Shown here: one piece after another, positions 18,464-27,314 of the stretch
How positions within the stretch are numbered: position 1 is the first letter of the stretch
Layout of the letters: each line of letters begins with the position of its first letter
Virus record (IMG/VR): IMGVR_UViG_3300036832_001373
Span: 32,001-96,000 of that record
DNA from: a virus
DNA: 64,000 bases
Reading direction: 5' to 3' (one strand)
Made by a program: the position numbers and the translations under genes
The notes under the pieces: generated by a model
What the model was told of the DNA's origin: nothing
The model's input: the letters and a program-made list of their open reading frames with translations, nothing else
Databases searched by the model: none

Positions 18464-20364
18464 ACCGAGAAAAAGTTAGTCAGCTAGTTAGAGATAAAAT
18501 TCTAGTCGAATTACTAGACGACAGATTGCTTTGTGCTTCTGGATTTAGTATCGACTTCTACCTAAGTAAGTCGTCCTTAAAAGAAACAATCTACCAAGAA
18601 ACAGATTTTCTAAGAAAAGAATCTAGACTTGTTGAGAGAGTCTACTGTTATGTACATGACTTAAAGGAAAAACCTAGATGCGTTATATGTAGGAAAGTGA
18701 CAAAATTTAGAGATTTCCAAGCTGGGTATCAACATACATGTTCGAGAAAATGTTTAGGCGTAGTAAAAATGAGAAATTATAACTTTGGTGAAAAGTATTC
18801 TGAATCTAGAAGACTAAGAAACATAGAAGGAGGAAAACGTTTGAGAGAATGGTCTAATTCAGAAGAAGGGATTTTAGCAAAGAGAGAACTTGGAGGATTT
18901 ACCTCCTACGGAGGAGGTTCTAAGTACGAAGACTATGCTTGGGTATATTTAGAACCATTAGGATTTGTACGAGAATTCAGAGTGAATTCTCAGGGAAAGT
19001 TTTATAAATTTGATTTCTTCAGTAAGAAGTATAATCTATTAATTGAATTAGATGGGTCAATTCATAGACATCCAAATAGGAAAACTCAAGATCAAGAAAA
19101 GACAGAAGTAGCTAAAGATCAGAAATATAACTTGTTAAGATTAATTCATAACGATAGTTTCCAGGAAATTTGGGAGTCCCTTAGAAAAGAGTTATCCACT
19201 TACTTAAGTGATGAAGAAAAAGAGGTCTTAAATATAAGATTAGTTCAAGATAAAGTTGAATTACTGTCATCTACATACGACTCTAAAATATCAGTTGAAG
19301 CCTGGGTTCATTCTAGACCAAAGGAAGAGTGGGATAATATCGATTGGCAGTCAGTTATCTCTATAGACGCACCAGTAAACGAGTTATACTCTATAGCTCT
19401 AATAATACGAGCTCCAATCTACGTAAGAGACATGATATTCTCCTTAAGAGACTATAGTGGATGGTCCCAAACAACCAGAGTATTACCAATACAAGAGATA
19501 TTAGATATCTCTTATTCTTCTAGAAACAAATTTAATAAATATATAGAGATATACAAAGAGATTCTTAAACTTAGGAGAGAAGGATTATCTCAAGATAATT
19601 TTAGACTGGAGCTGCCACTCTCATTTAGTTCAGAATTCTGTCTTAGTATCTCGTTAAGAAGTCTAGTTAAATTAGAAAAATACCTAAATAAATTTTCATT
19701 GGAAACTAAATGTTTAGGATTAAAGGAATCTCTAATCAGCATTAGTTCTCAGATAAAAGAAAGAATTCAGGAACTGCTGGAGGGTAATCAAGAGGATTAC
19801 CAGAAATGGTTTAAGAACTATTCAATACCAGAATTTTTAGGTTCTCTAGACAAAGAACTAGATATCTCTGAGAGATATGGGGATGCAATTATTATTGGTA
19901 CAAAAGTACCTCTAGCCTTAAGAGCTCAGATTATTAGACATAGAAATTTGATATTTTCAGATTCTTTTAAGAAAATTCTTCTAGAACAAGATGCAGATGA
20001 AAGACAAATTAAAGACGAAGTTCACATGGAAATATTTTCGACTGTTGAGATGTGGAACTCTATCTTAAAATCTAGACAATGTTGGATTTCTCAAGGAGAT
20101 CTTTGGTCTCCTATTATAAATAAGGCATTGAAACATACAACGATAACAGAAAAAGATCTACCATGTGCCGATGGAACTTGTCCTTATTCCAGAGATGCTG
20201 AGATACGATACACAATAAATGATCCAGGAAGTCCTTGTCCACTTTATTCTCTAAGAAATAGAAAGAAACTTACAGAACAAAAACTACAGTCATTAAGGAC
20301 TGACTTAGAGAGTAGACCAGAGTTTTGGAAGAGTATCTCAAAAGAACTAGAAAGGATGGGATAG
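18460..20364 (+). CDS. thyX: DUF559-like endonuclease fused in frame to a divergent tandem-domain ThyX-like protein
   Basis: N-term CVIC..CSRKC and FDFF..LIELDG.IH; C-term KVELLSS, QDNFRLELP, QIIRHR, LKSRQC. Confidence 0.7.
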   Translation: MNREKVSQLVRDKILVELLDDRLLCASGFSIDFYLSKSSLKETIYQETDFLRKESRLVERVYCYVHDLKEKPRCVICRKVTKFRDFQAGYQHTCSRKCLGVVKMRNYNFGEKYSESRRLRNIEGGKRLREWSNSEEGILAKRELGGFTSYGGGSKYEDYAWVYLEPLGFVREFRVNSQGKFYKFDFFSKKYNLLIELDGSIHRHPNRKTQDQEKTEVAKDQKYNLLRLIHNDSFQEIWESLRKELSTYLSDEEKEVLNIRLVQDKVELLSSTYDSKISVEAWVHSRPKEEWDNIDWQSVISIDAPVNELYSIALIIRAPIYVRDMIFSLRDYSGWSQTTRVLPIQEILDISYSSRNKFNKYIEIYKEILKLRREGLSQDNFRLELPLSFSSEFCLSISLRSLVKLEKYLNKFSLETKCLGLKESLISISSQIKERIQELLEGNQEDYQKWFKNYSIPEFLGSLDKELDISERYGDAIIIGTKVPLALRAQIIRHRNLIFSDSFKKILLEQDADERQIKDEVHMEIFSTVEMWNSILKSRQCWISQGDLWSPIINKALKHTTITEKDLPCADGTCPYSRDAEIRYTINDPGSPCPLYSLRNRKKLTEQKLQSLRTDLESRPEFWKSISKELERMG

Positions 20365-20367
20365 GAA

Positions 20368-20886
20368 ATGAGCTCACACTTCGAATGGGATGTGTACGCT
20401 GCGGGACCTTTCTTTACTTCAGCACAAAAAGTTGTAATGAATGAGGCACTAAGTGTCCTAAGATCTGCAGGACTTAAGGTTTGTGATCCGAGAGAAGTTG
20501 GACCAGTTATTACTGACATCCCCTCAGAAGAAAAACGTCCTGAACTTTTTAGACAGATTTTATCTGGGAATGTGAATGGAATCGAAAGAAGCTACGCAAT
20601 TATAGCTTGTATTGACGATCGAGATATAGGCACAGCTTGGGAACTAGGTTATAATTATGCTCTTACTAGAGCTACAGGAAAATTTCGTCCAAGAATTACA
20701 TTCTCAGCCCATGGATATGGCACCAATTTGATGATTGCACAATCTGTCAATGTGCATTGTAAGTCCTTGTCTGAACTATCATCAACTATAGGTGCAATTG
20801 GAGTCTATCTAAAAACTCGAGATGAATTCTTTCTTAGAAATTACTTTCATACTCATAAAGATACACTGGCACCTGTTACGAGTTAA
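20368..20886 (+). CDS. Nucleoside 2-deoxyribosyltransferase/nucleotide N-glycosidase (NDT/Rcl/MilB family)
   Basis: VYAAGPFF, DIGTAWELGY, NLMI. Confidence 0.85.
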   Translation: MSSHFEWDVYAAGPFFTSAQKVVMNEALSVLRSAGLKVCDPREVGPVITDIPSEEKRPELFRQILSGNVNGIERSYAIIACIDDRDIGTAWELGYNYALTRATGKFRPRITFSAHGYGTNLMIAQSVNVHCKSLSELSSTIGAIGVYLKTRDEFFLRNYFHTHKDTLAPVTS

Positions 20887-20912
20887 GGGAAAGTTAGCCC
20901 TGGAACGTTGAC
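20883..20912 (+). promoter_or_regulatory. Promoter-like motif copy 3
   Basis: TTAAGGG-aaagttagccctgga-ACGTTGAC. Confidence 0.7.
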
Positions 20913-20929
20913 TTTTGGAGGAAAAGAGT

Positions 20930-21142
20930 ATGACTTCAGAGGAGCTGGAGTTACTCGCTGAAGCTCAACATAAAAAGTTTCGTTCATCAAACGACTTAGC
21001 CCCTCCATGGAATGGTGTCCATGAGAAGCACCGAGAACGTATTCTAGCAGCTCTAGAATGGGCTTATAAAGATCGTTGGAGTACGTCGTCAAAGTTTAGG
21101 AGACTAGTGTCAAGTATACAAATGATGATTATCAAACTGTGA
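20930..21142 (+). CDS. Hypothetical protein
   Basis: GGAGG RBS before ATG 20930. Confidence 0.6.
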   Translation: MTSEELELLAEAQHKKFRSSNDLAPPWNGVHEKHRERILAALEWAYKDRWSTSSKFRRLVSSIQMMIIKL

Positions 21143-21149
21143 GGTAACA

Positions 21150-21554
21150 ATGGCTGAAGACAGGTCTCTATCAGGATTTATCAAAAATCAAAATAAAACC
21201 AAACTTCACCTTGAACTTGAGATGGTCAAGGAACTTGATAGTCTTCTGCAGACTAAGACTACAGACTATGGACCAGTCTGCGAAGTTATAGACTTGGTGT
21301 TCGATGTCACTGGTTACGCGAAAGCTCACATCCCAGGTGGAGAAGCTCAGGTAGCAGGTAGGTGTTTAGCGAAACTAGTTAGATATCTGAACCTCAGAGC
21401 TAAAGAGGTTAGTTCCGGAGCCCTTCCGGACACAGAATCCTTGGAAGATTCTCTCAGAGACTTCTTAGGAGAAACCGTTCGTCTCTATGGAGAGACGATG
21501 GCAAACCGTGGTGCAAAAATAGTTCATGTAACCCCTGAAAAGAAAGCTAGCTGA
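21150..21554 (+). CDS. Nucleotide-modification-associated domain 1 (Nmad1/DUF1599)-like all-alpha protein
   Basis: KTTDYG...KLVRYLNL...ESLEDSLRD. Confidence 0.65.
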   Translation: MAEDRSLSGFIKNQNKTKLHLELEMVKELDSLLQTKTTDYGPVCEVIDLVFDVTGYAKAHIPGGEAQVAGRCLAKLVRYLNLRAKEVSSGALPDTESLEDSLRDFLGETVRLYGETMANRGAKIVHVTPEKKAS

Positions 21555-21566
21555 AAGGAGCTTAAG

Positions 21567-22691
21567 ATGGCTGACGGTAACAATAAGAAGTACTCGTTTA
21601 CTTGGAGTGATGATGATATTAAAGGAGTAACTGAACAAGCGGAAAGATTTCGAGAGGACTATAAGAAATCTAGTAATTTCCAGGCTGGAATACCAATTTG
21701 TTTCTTTGGAGAAGGAAATTATATCTTCAGAATCTATCCAGATCGGGACCAACACGGATTTGCACGTATACTTAAGCGTGCCTATTTCCACAATAGAAAA
21801 ACTGGAGTCGAAGGACTTTATCTAAGATGTTGGGAGGATGATAGAATCAACAAACTTTTCAGAGAAGCAGAGGAAGCAGGCTTGGAGAAGATTTGGGGAA
21901 ACTTCATGTATGCATATCGTTCACAGGAACGAGGCTATATGATGGTTCATTTGTATGATTCTCCTCCAGGAAATGAATATGCTCTACCAAAGAAATCATA
22001 TGGAGCAGTCTTAGATAGACGTCAGATATTCGCAATTCAAGATTTTATAGCAGAACTTCATCCAGACGATAAACGTCAGATGCTGGATCCTAACAACGCT
22101 GCTCCAGCAATTAAGCTTAGTATTGCTAAGGGAGCTGGAAAGGCAAACGTCTCTTGCGGTATTGCGAGTATGCAGAGGTTGGAACTCCCTCCTCTAGAGT
22201 TTAAAGACGAGGATGGTGCTCCAATTGAGTACAAGGGGTTGGATCATATTTATATAACCGAGAATGATAAAATCTCGGACGAAAACTTCTTCAAGCTCAA
22301 ACAAGCGGTAACACAAGAAATCATAAACTTTAAGTCGGCAGGTGGAAATGTCAAGGATCTCTCGTCAGAAGGACATAAGATTGGGGATAGAACTGCTGAC
22401 AAACCTGAAGAAGTTAAGGAAACAAAGTCTGAGCCAAAGAAAGAGACGACTACTTCCAAGTCTGAGGCTAAACCCGTCACAGCGGAAGTAGTTCCAGAGA
22501 CAGTGAAGACAGAGGAATCTGGAGTTAGATGTCGTCTTGCAGAACAAACACTGGTCTCTCCAAGTTTAAAAGAAGCATACCCAAATGCCGCATTTGGTAA
22601 TAAGCCAGACAAGGTAACACCGTACTGCATGGTTTGTGATTGGGAAAGTGAATGTAAGATCCTAACTGAGAAGAAGAAGGCCGCAGCATGA
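21567..22691 (+). CDS. Probable ssDNA-binding protein (gp32-like) with C-terminal Cys cluster
   Basis: EGNYIFRIYP N-terminal motif, charged linker, position just before recA. Confidence 0.55.
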   Translation: MADGNNKKYSFTWSDDDIKGVTEQAERFREDYKKSSNFQAGIPICFFGEGNYIFRIYPDRDQHGFARILKRAYFHNRKTGVEGLYLRCWEDDRINKLFREAEEAGLEKIWGNFMYAYRSQERGYMMVHLYDSPPGNEYALPKKSYGAVLDRRQIFAIQDFIAELHPDDKRQMLDPNNAAPAIKLSIAKGAGKANVSCGIASMQRLELPPLEFKDEDGAPIEYKGLDHIYITENDKISDENFFKLKQAVTQEIINFKSAGGNVKDLSSEGHKIGDRTADKPEEVKETKSEPKKETTTSKSEAKPVTAEVVPETVKTEESGVRCRLAEQTLVSPSLKEAYPNAAFGNKPDKVTPYCMVCDWESECKILTEKKKAAA

Positions 22692-23176
22692 TGAAATATA
22701 CGATCTATCATGTACCAAAAGGTCCTAAGAAAAAGATAGGAGCCACCGATGACTACCCTAATCGCTGCTACGATCAAGGATTCAAGGACGGAGAATTCTA
22801 CGTTGAGGACCAGATATCTAAGGTATGTGGAACTGAGTTTGCAGGAAAGGTGGAAAGATTTTGGCAGTGGTATTACGGACTAGAAGAACCTAGTAATACG
22901 ATTCAGTACCATAAAAGTGCATTTGTTACAGGGGCTGCACAAAGGGCTTCGTTAGTCAGTCCAAATCACATTGCTAAAACTGGAAGGACTGGGTTCCAAA
23001 CTAGAGTAGCTAATAGAGCATCTGTAGAAAGTCCTAATCATATCTCTAAAACAGGTCGGTCTGGATTCCAATCAGGAGCTTCTAGAAGAAGGACACCGTG
23101 TCCCGAGTGCGGAAGAGTAATGGCTCTAACAAATCTAGGTCGTCATAGAAAATCTAGACATGGTATAGTTGCATGA
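22688..23176 (+). mobile_element. GIY-YIG-like homing endonuclease gene with tandem repeats and Zn finger
   Basis: YTIYH..KIGAT..R..E; two RAS.xSPNHI.KTGR.GFQ repeats; CPEC..RHRKSRH. Confidence 0.6.
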
Positions 23177-24474
23177 TCCATAAATGGACTCATGACATAA
23201 TCCGGACTCCGATTGACACGATAAATGTCATCGGAGCCGGAGGTGTCGATCAAGGAACAATAACTGAAATAGCTGGTCCTCCTGGGTCAGGAAAATCGGC
23301 TTATGCATATGGAACCGCTTCCAATTTTCTAAAGGACAATCAGGAAGGAGTGGTAGTTATCCTTGATCCTGAGCTTTCAGTGGATCTAATTAGATTGGAG
23401 TATACATTTGAGCTAGACATGAGTAGAGTTATCATCAACAATGCTAGAACTTTGGAAGATGGGTTTACTGAGATATTTAAAATTCTTAAGGATCAGACTA
23501 CATCCTCTACTGTAGATACTACAGTTGAATCGTTCTTAGCAGGATGGAAACTAGAAGATGCAATGAAACTTCTTAAAGAAATTAAGATTGATTTTAATCT
23601 ATCTTTATTAGACGAAAACGTGCAAACTGATCAAGAAGTTATAATGAAGGCTAGGAAAGACATAGCTACTATATTAGCTTTTAGGGGAAAGCTTAAACCC
23701 AGAAAACCTGTTCCTATTTTGATAGTTTGGGATACCATAGCTGCTAGCAAACCAAAAGCAGAAGTTGAAGCAGCGATGAGCGGTAAGGATCCTATGAATG
23801 CTGGAGGGATGGGTTTAAGAGCTAGAGTTCTAGAGATTAATTTAGCAATTGTTATGGCCTCTCTTTATGAGAGACCAGTGACTGTGTTTCTTTTGAATCA
23901 GATACGAACCTCTGGATTTGGAACTTACGGAGGACCAAAGGAAGGATCTTCTGGAGGCAATGCTTTGAAGCACGCCAACCATTACTATCTTTGGTTTTCT
24001 TGGAGTAAAAAACTCTACGATGAGAAAACTAAGATGTATATAGGATCTAAAAGTAAGGTTTCAGTTTTGAAGTCTAAGTTTGGACCAACAATTGAAAATA
24101 TACCAATTTATATTAATGATCAGGTTGGAGGGAAAATAGTTTCTGACAATGAACCAGCGTTGGTGGCTATAGATATAGGATTTATTTACTCTTCTGGAGC
24201 TTGGTGGAAGATTAAAGGAGATCAATCGTCGTATAGGTGGGATAAAACTGAAAGGGGTGGGTATATAACAAATAATCCCGAGGTTAGAAAGAGGTGTATT
24301 GAAGCTATAGTACGGCACTTTAGAAAGAACTACTTTACCCTAGACATAGTTTATAAGAAATTAGGAGTAACACTTGGACAATTAACTGACGAAGAGACTG
24401 AGACTCGAAACTCTATATTCAATAAGTCCGCTTTTAAACCGATTCTTCAGGAGGAGAAGATCACAAATGACTAA
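23173..24474 (+). CDS. recA: RecA/UvsX-like recombinase with ~70 aa insertion
   Basis: EIAGPPGSGKS, DPE, WDTIAA, LNQIR, GGNALKH, KSKFGP. Confidence 0.9.
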   Translation: MIHKWTHDIIRTPIDTINVIGAGGVDQGTITEIAGPPGSGKSAYAYGTASNFLKDNQEGVVVILDPELSVDLIRLEYTFELDMSRVIINNARTLEDGFTEIFKILKDQTTSSTVDTTVESFLAGWKLEDAMKLLKEIKIDFNLSLLDENVQTDQEVIMKARKDIATILAFRGKLKPRKPVPILIVWDTIAASKPKAEVEAAMSGKDPMNAGGMGLRARVLEINLAIVMASLYERPVTVFLLNQIRTSGFGTYGGPKEGSSGGNALKHANHYYLWFSWSKKLYDEKTKMYIGSKSKVSVLKSKFGPTIENIPIYINDQVGGKIVSDNEPALVAIDIGFIYSSGAWWKIKGDQSSYRWDKTERGGYITNNPEVRKRCIEAIVRHFRKNYFTLDIVYKKLGVTLGQLTDEETETRNSIFNKSAFKPILQEEKITND

Positions 24475-25003
24475 GCAGTTTTGCTTACATGATACTTTGG
24501 CAACAAGTGTTCTGATAGATGGAATCAATACTCACTACGCATTTAAGAATCTTGGATGGGCACCAGACTATAAAAAACTTTTATCGTTTCTTAAGAAAGA
24601 AACTATTCTTAGGAAAGTATACTATTTTATAACGTTGGACAGTAATAACGATGACAATACCATAATGAAACTTCTTGATTGGTTAGACTATAACGGATTT
24701 AATGTTAGGATTACTGATTCGTCAGAAGAACGGAAACGAGGAATTGAGATAGACTTTACAGTAGAAGCAATGGCGTTAGTTCCAATTACAGAACAATACA
24801 TACTATTTACCGGAAATAGTCTTTACACTCCATTGGTTAAAAAGCTTGACGCTTTAGGAAAGTCAGTAACAATTTGCTCCACTCTTCTGAATCAGAGAAT
24901 GGCTAGTGACACTTTACGTAGAGCAGCCGACGGTTTTATTGAGCTTGACCTACTCAGGAATCTAGTAGAGAATGAGAACCACCGTGTAGAATCTGTCGCA
25001 TGA
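24467..25003 (+). CDS. NYN/LabA (DUF88) family protein with degenerate acidic residues
   Basis: IDGIN..LG..DYKKLL, LDWLDYNGF, LRRAADGFIEL. Confidence 0.8.
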   Translation: MTKQFCLHDTLATSVLIDGINTHYAFKNLGWAPDYKKLLSFLKKETILRKVYYFITLDSNNDDNTIMKLLDWLDYNGFNVRITDSSEERKRGIEIDFTVEAMALVPITEQYILFTGNSLYTPLVKKLDALGKSVTICSTLLNQRMASDTLRRAADGFIELDLLRNLVENENHRVESVA

Positions 25004-25021
25004 TTACATGGATCAGCACTC

Positions 25022-26053
25022 ATGCTGTTAGTTGACGGGTCGAGTGTACTACACCGCTGCCTAAATACTCCAGCTCAAGACCTACAAGATTCTAGAGGCA
25101 GATACACAGGTGGTCTACATTCATTTTTAGCATCTCTTTCTAAAGCTGTGGTCAAGCATAGATTGAGGCATTCTGTTGTAGTTGCTTGGGACTTAGGAGT
25201 CCCATTATTTAGAAGACTCTTGTATAGAGAGTATAAAGCCCACAAAATGCCTATTGGATCAGTTCAAGAGTCAGTTCTTTCAGACTATAATCTCTTGAAC
25301 AAAGAAGCAGTTGAAGAGGACGAGTCTGATTGGATGAAAAAGTATCTAATGGCTAGAAGACTGCTACATTCGCAGTTTCTTCCATTGTCAGGATGTCTAT
25401 CGATTCAAGTAGCAAATTGTGAAGCAGATGACATTATCGCATATGTTTGTAGCAAGCTTCCCGACGAGGAAATTATAGTATACTCATCTGATAGAGATCT
25501 AGTACAACTATGTACAGATAATATTGAATATTACGATGGGAGAGAGGATACTACTATTACAAAAAGTAGTTTAATTTTTGACAATGAGTTAGTGGAAGTT
25601 GTTTGGAGACAACATTGGGTATTAACTCGGGCTATAGCTGGTGACGGATCAGATGGGATACCAGGATTCTGTGGATTTGACACGGCCAAAAAGTATTCTG
25701 ATCAAATCATAAGTTTCTACTTAACAAATGTATCTCTACAAGAAACCCTCTTGGGTTTGATTAAACCTCCGAGAGCTAGAAATGACTCTTTTGAGAAAAT
25801 TAAAGTTGGAGCTGATATGATAATGAGAAATTATAATTTAATGGATTTATCATATCCAATTATTAGAAACTTATCTATCATCGAAGATATAAAGCAGCAG
25901 ATAGCTGGAGCGTTCATCTACGACATAGATCAATATACATTAGAAAGTGAACTTCATGATATGAGTATGGTAAAGGCGAAGATATTCGTTAATAATATAA
26001 TTGAGTCTAATAGGAAAAACGACGTAAAAGACTACATAAGGAAATTGATATGA
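25022..26053 (+). CDS. 5'-3' exonuclease/flap endonuclease (RNase H-like, FEN family)
   Basis: LVDGS, EYKAH, EADDIIA, SSDRDLVQL, GDGSDGIPG. Confidence 0.9.
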   Translation: MLLVDGSSVLHRCLNTPAQDLQDSRGRYTGGLHSFLASLSKAVVKHRLRHSVVVAWDLGVPLFRRLLYREYKAHKMPIGSVQESVLSDYNLLNKEAVEEDESDWMKKYLMARRLLHSQFLPLSGCLSIQVANCEADDIIAYVCSKLPDEEIIVYSSDRDLVQLCTDNIEYYDGREDTTITKSSLIFDNELVEVVWRQHWVLTRAIAGDGSDGIPGFCGFDTAKKYSDQIISFYLTNVSLQETLLGLIKPPRARNDSFEKIKVGADMIMRNYNLMDLSYPIIRNLSIIEDIKQQIAGAFIYDIDQYTLESELHDMSMVKAKIFVNNIIESNRKNDVKDYIRKLI

Positions 26054-26373
26054 TCAACGATCTCTATATTCTAGATGGGCACAAACCTGTAAGATGTGAT
26101 TCATGTACTTGGGGAAAATTTATGAGAAAAGTAGATAGAATAGTTAAGAAAACTGAAGTAGTAAAAGGGATTATAGTCTCAACAGTTTTCCTAGGATTGG
26201 ATCATAGATTTGTAGGACGAGGTCCTCCAATATTATTTGAGACGATGACCTTTGGTGGTTCTAGAGATGGTCAGATGTATCGTTACTCAAGTTGGGACGA
26301 TGCTGAAGCTGGTCACGAAGCAGAGGTTAAACGAGTTGTTAAAGCACTCAAGGTACTTGAGAATAAAGACTAG
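26050..26373 (+). CDS. Conserved hypothetical phage protein
   Basis: VSTVFLGLDH...PILFETMTFGG. Confidence 0.7.
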   Translation: MINDLYILDGHKPVRCDSCTWGKFMRKVDRIVKKTEVVKGIIVSTVFLGLDHRFVGRGPPILFETMTFGGSRDGQMYRYSSWDDAEAGHEAEVKRVVKALKVLENKD

Positions 26374-26419
26374 GGGCGATCCTGTTGCCTACCATTCTGA
26401 CAATGGCAGTACCCCCTAG
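26370..26419 (+). terminator. Stem-loop at 3' end of upstream operon (terminator/processing element, no U-tract)
   Basis: CTAGGGG...CCCCTAG outer stem, CCATT/AATGG inner stem. Confidence 0.4.
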
Positions 26420-26422
26420 CTC

Positions 26423-26452
26423 TTTAGGGAAACTAGTCCCCCAGACGTTAAC
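26423..26452 (+). promoter_or_regulatory. Promoter-like motif copy 4 (upstream of Acb2/Tad1-like gene, UDG, polA)
   Basis: TTTAGGG-aaactagtcccccag-ACGTTAAC. Confidence 0.75.
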
Positions 26453-26472
26453 AGGCAGAGGAGAGGTTTACC

Positions 26473-26700
26473 ATGAGTCTAGGTGAAGACAGAGTGAGAG
26501 TAAAGTTCAACCCGTCTGCTGACGGCATTGTAGATAAAATCAAGCAAAAGTCAGCAGAACTTATCGATTTGTGTGAGGAAATGAAACAAAATCCTCCAGC
26601 TCAAGCTAGTTCAGAGTTTATACGTCTTATTGCTTTAGCCCAGACTTCTTATGAAGAAGCAGCAATGTGGGCAGTAAAAAGTGCGACTGTCGAAAGATGA
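26473..26700 (+). CDS. Acb2/Tad1-like helical-hairpin protein (candidate cyclic-nucleotide sponge)
   Basis: DKIKQKSAELID...RLIALAQTSYEEAAMWAVKSAT. Confidence 0.6.
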   Translation: MSLGEDRVRVKFNPSADGIVDKIKQKSAELIDLCEEMKQNPPAQASSEFIRLIALAQTSYEEAAMWAVKSATVER

Positions 26701-27314
26701 CAGACAACGATCTGTTTAATCCAGATCCAGAACTATTCGACCCAAGATTTGTAGGACCTAAAGGGTCGAATAGTCCTCATCTATACATAATTGGAGAAGC
26801 TCCTGGATACAATGAGGCGGAGCAGGGGCTTCCCTTTGTTGGAAAGGCAGGAATGGTTCTAGATAGAGCTATAGTAGAGTCAAAAATAGATTCATCAAAG
26901 ATACGGTTCTTTAATGCTATTCCGTATAGACCGTTTGAGTGGGTTGAAGGAAAGAAAGAGAATAGGACTCCATCTTCAGATGAGATTGAGAAATACTCAG
27001 TCTTCTTAAAGAAGGATATAGATAAAACAAAACCAAAGGTATTATTGTTGACTGGAGCATCAGCAATGAACGTCTTTGGTATTAGTATGGCAGTTGGATC
27101 AGCTAGATTAAGTAAATTTAAGTGGAAAGATATACCTACGTTGGTAACATACCATCCTAGCTTTGTTCTAAGAAAAAGTGGGTATGGAATAGTATCTTCA
27201 GGAACCTCTGAAAGCTTTGAAACCCTAGTTGGAGATCTCAAGAGAGCGTGGATCGGAGATCAAGAAACAGTTCAGACTAACAAGTTCTCGATAATCGATA
27301 TGGAGGAAGAATGA
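26697..27314 (+). CDS. Uracil-DNA glycosylase family 4-like
   Basis: IIGEAPGYNE..GLPFVGKAG, NRTP, TYHPS; Fe-S cluster Cys not evident. Confidence 0.88.
   Translation: MTDNDLFNPDPELFDPRFVGPKGSNSPHLYIIGEAPGYNEAEQGLPFVGKAGMVLDRAIVESKIDSSKIRFFNAIPYRPFEWVEGKKENRTPSSDEIEKYSVFLKKDIDKTKPKVLLLTGASAMNVFGISMAVGSARLSKFKWKDIPTLVTYHPSFVLRKSGYGIVSSGTSESFETLVGDLKRAWIGDQETVQTNKFSIIDMEEE

Noticed and set aside
22250-22777. 175 aa antisense ORF (likewise 26777-27241 and 56147-56659)
   Set aside because: Fully opposite well-supported genes; no RBS or motifs
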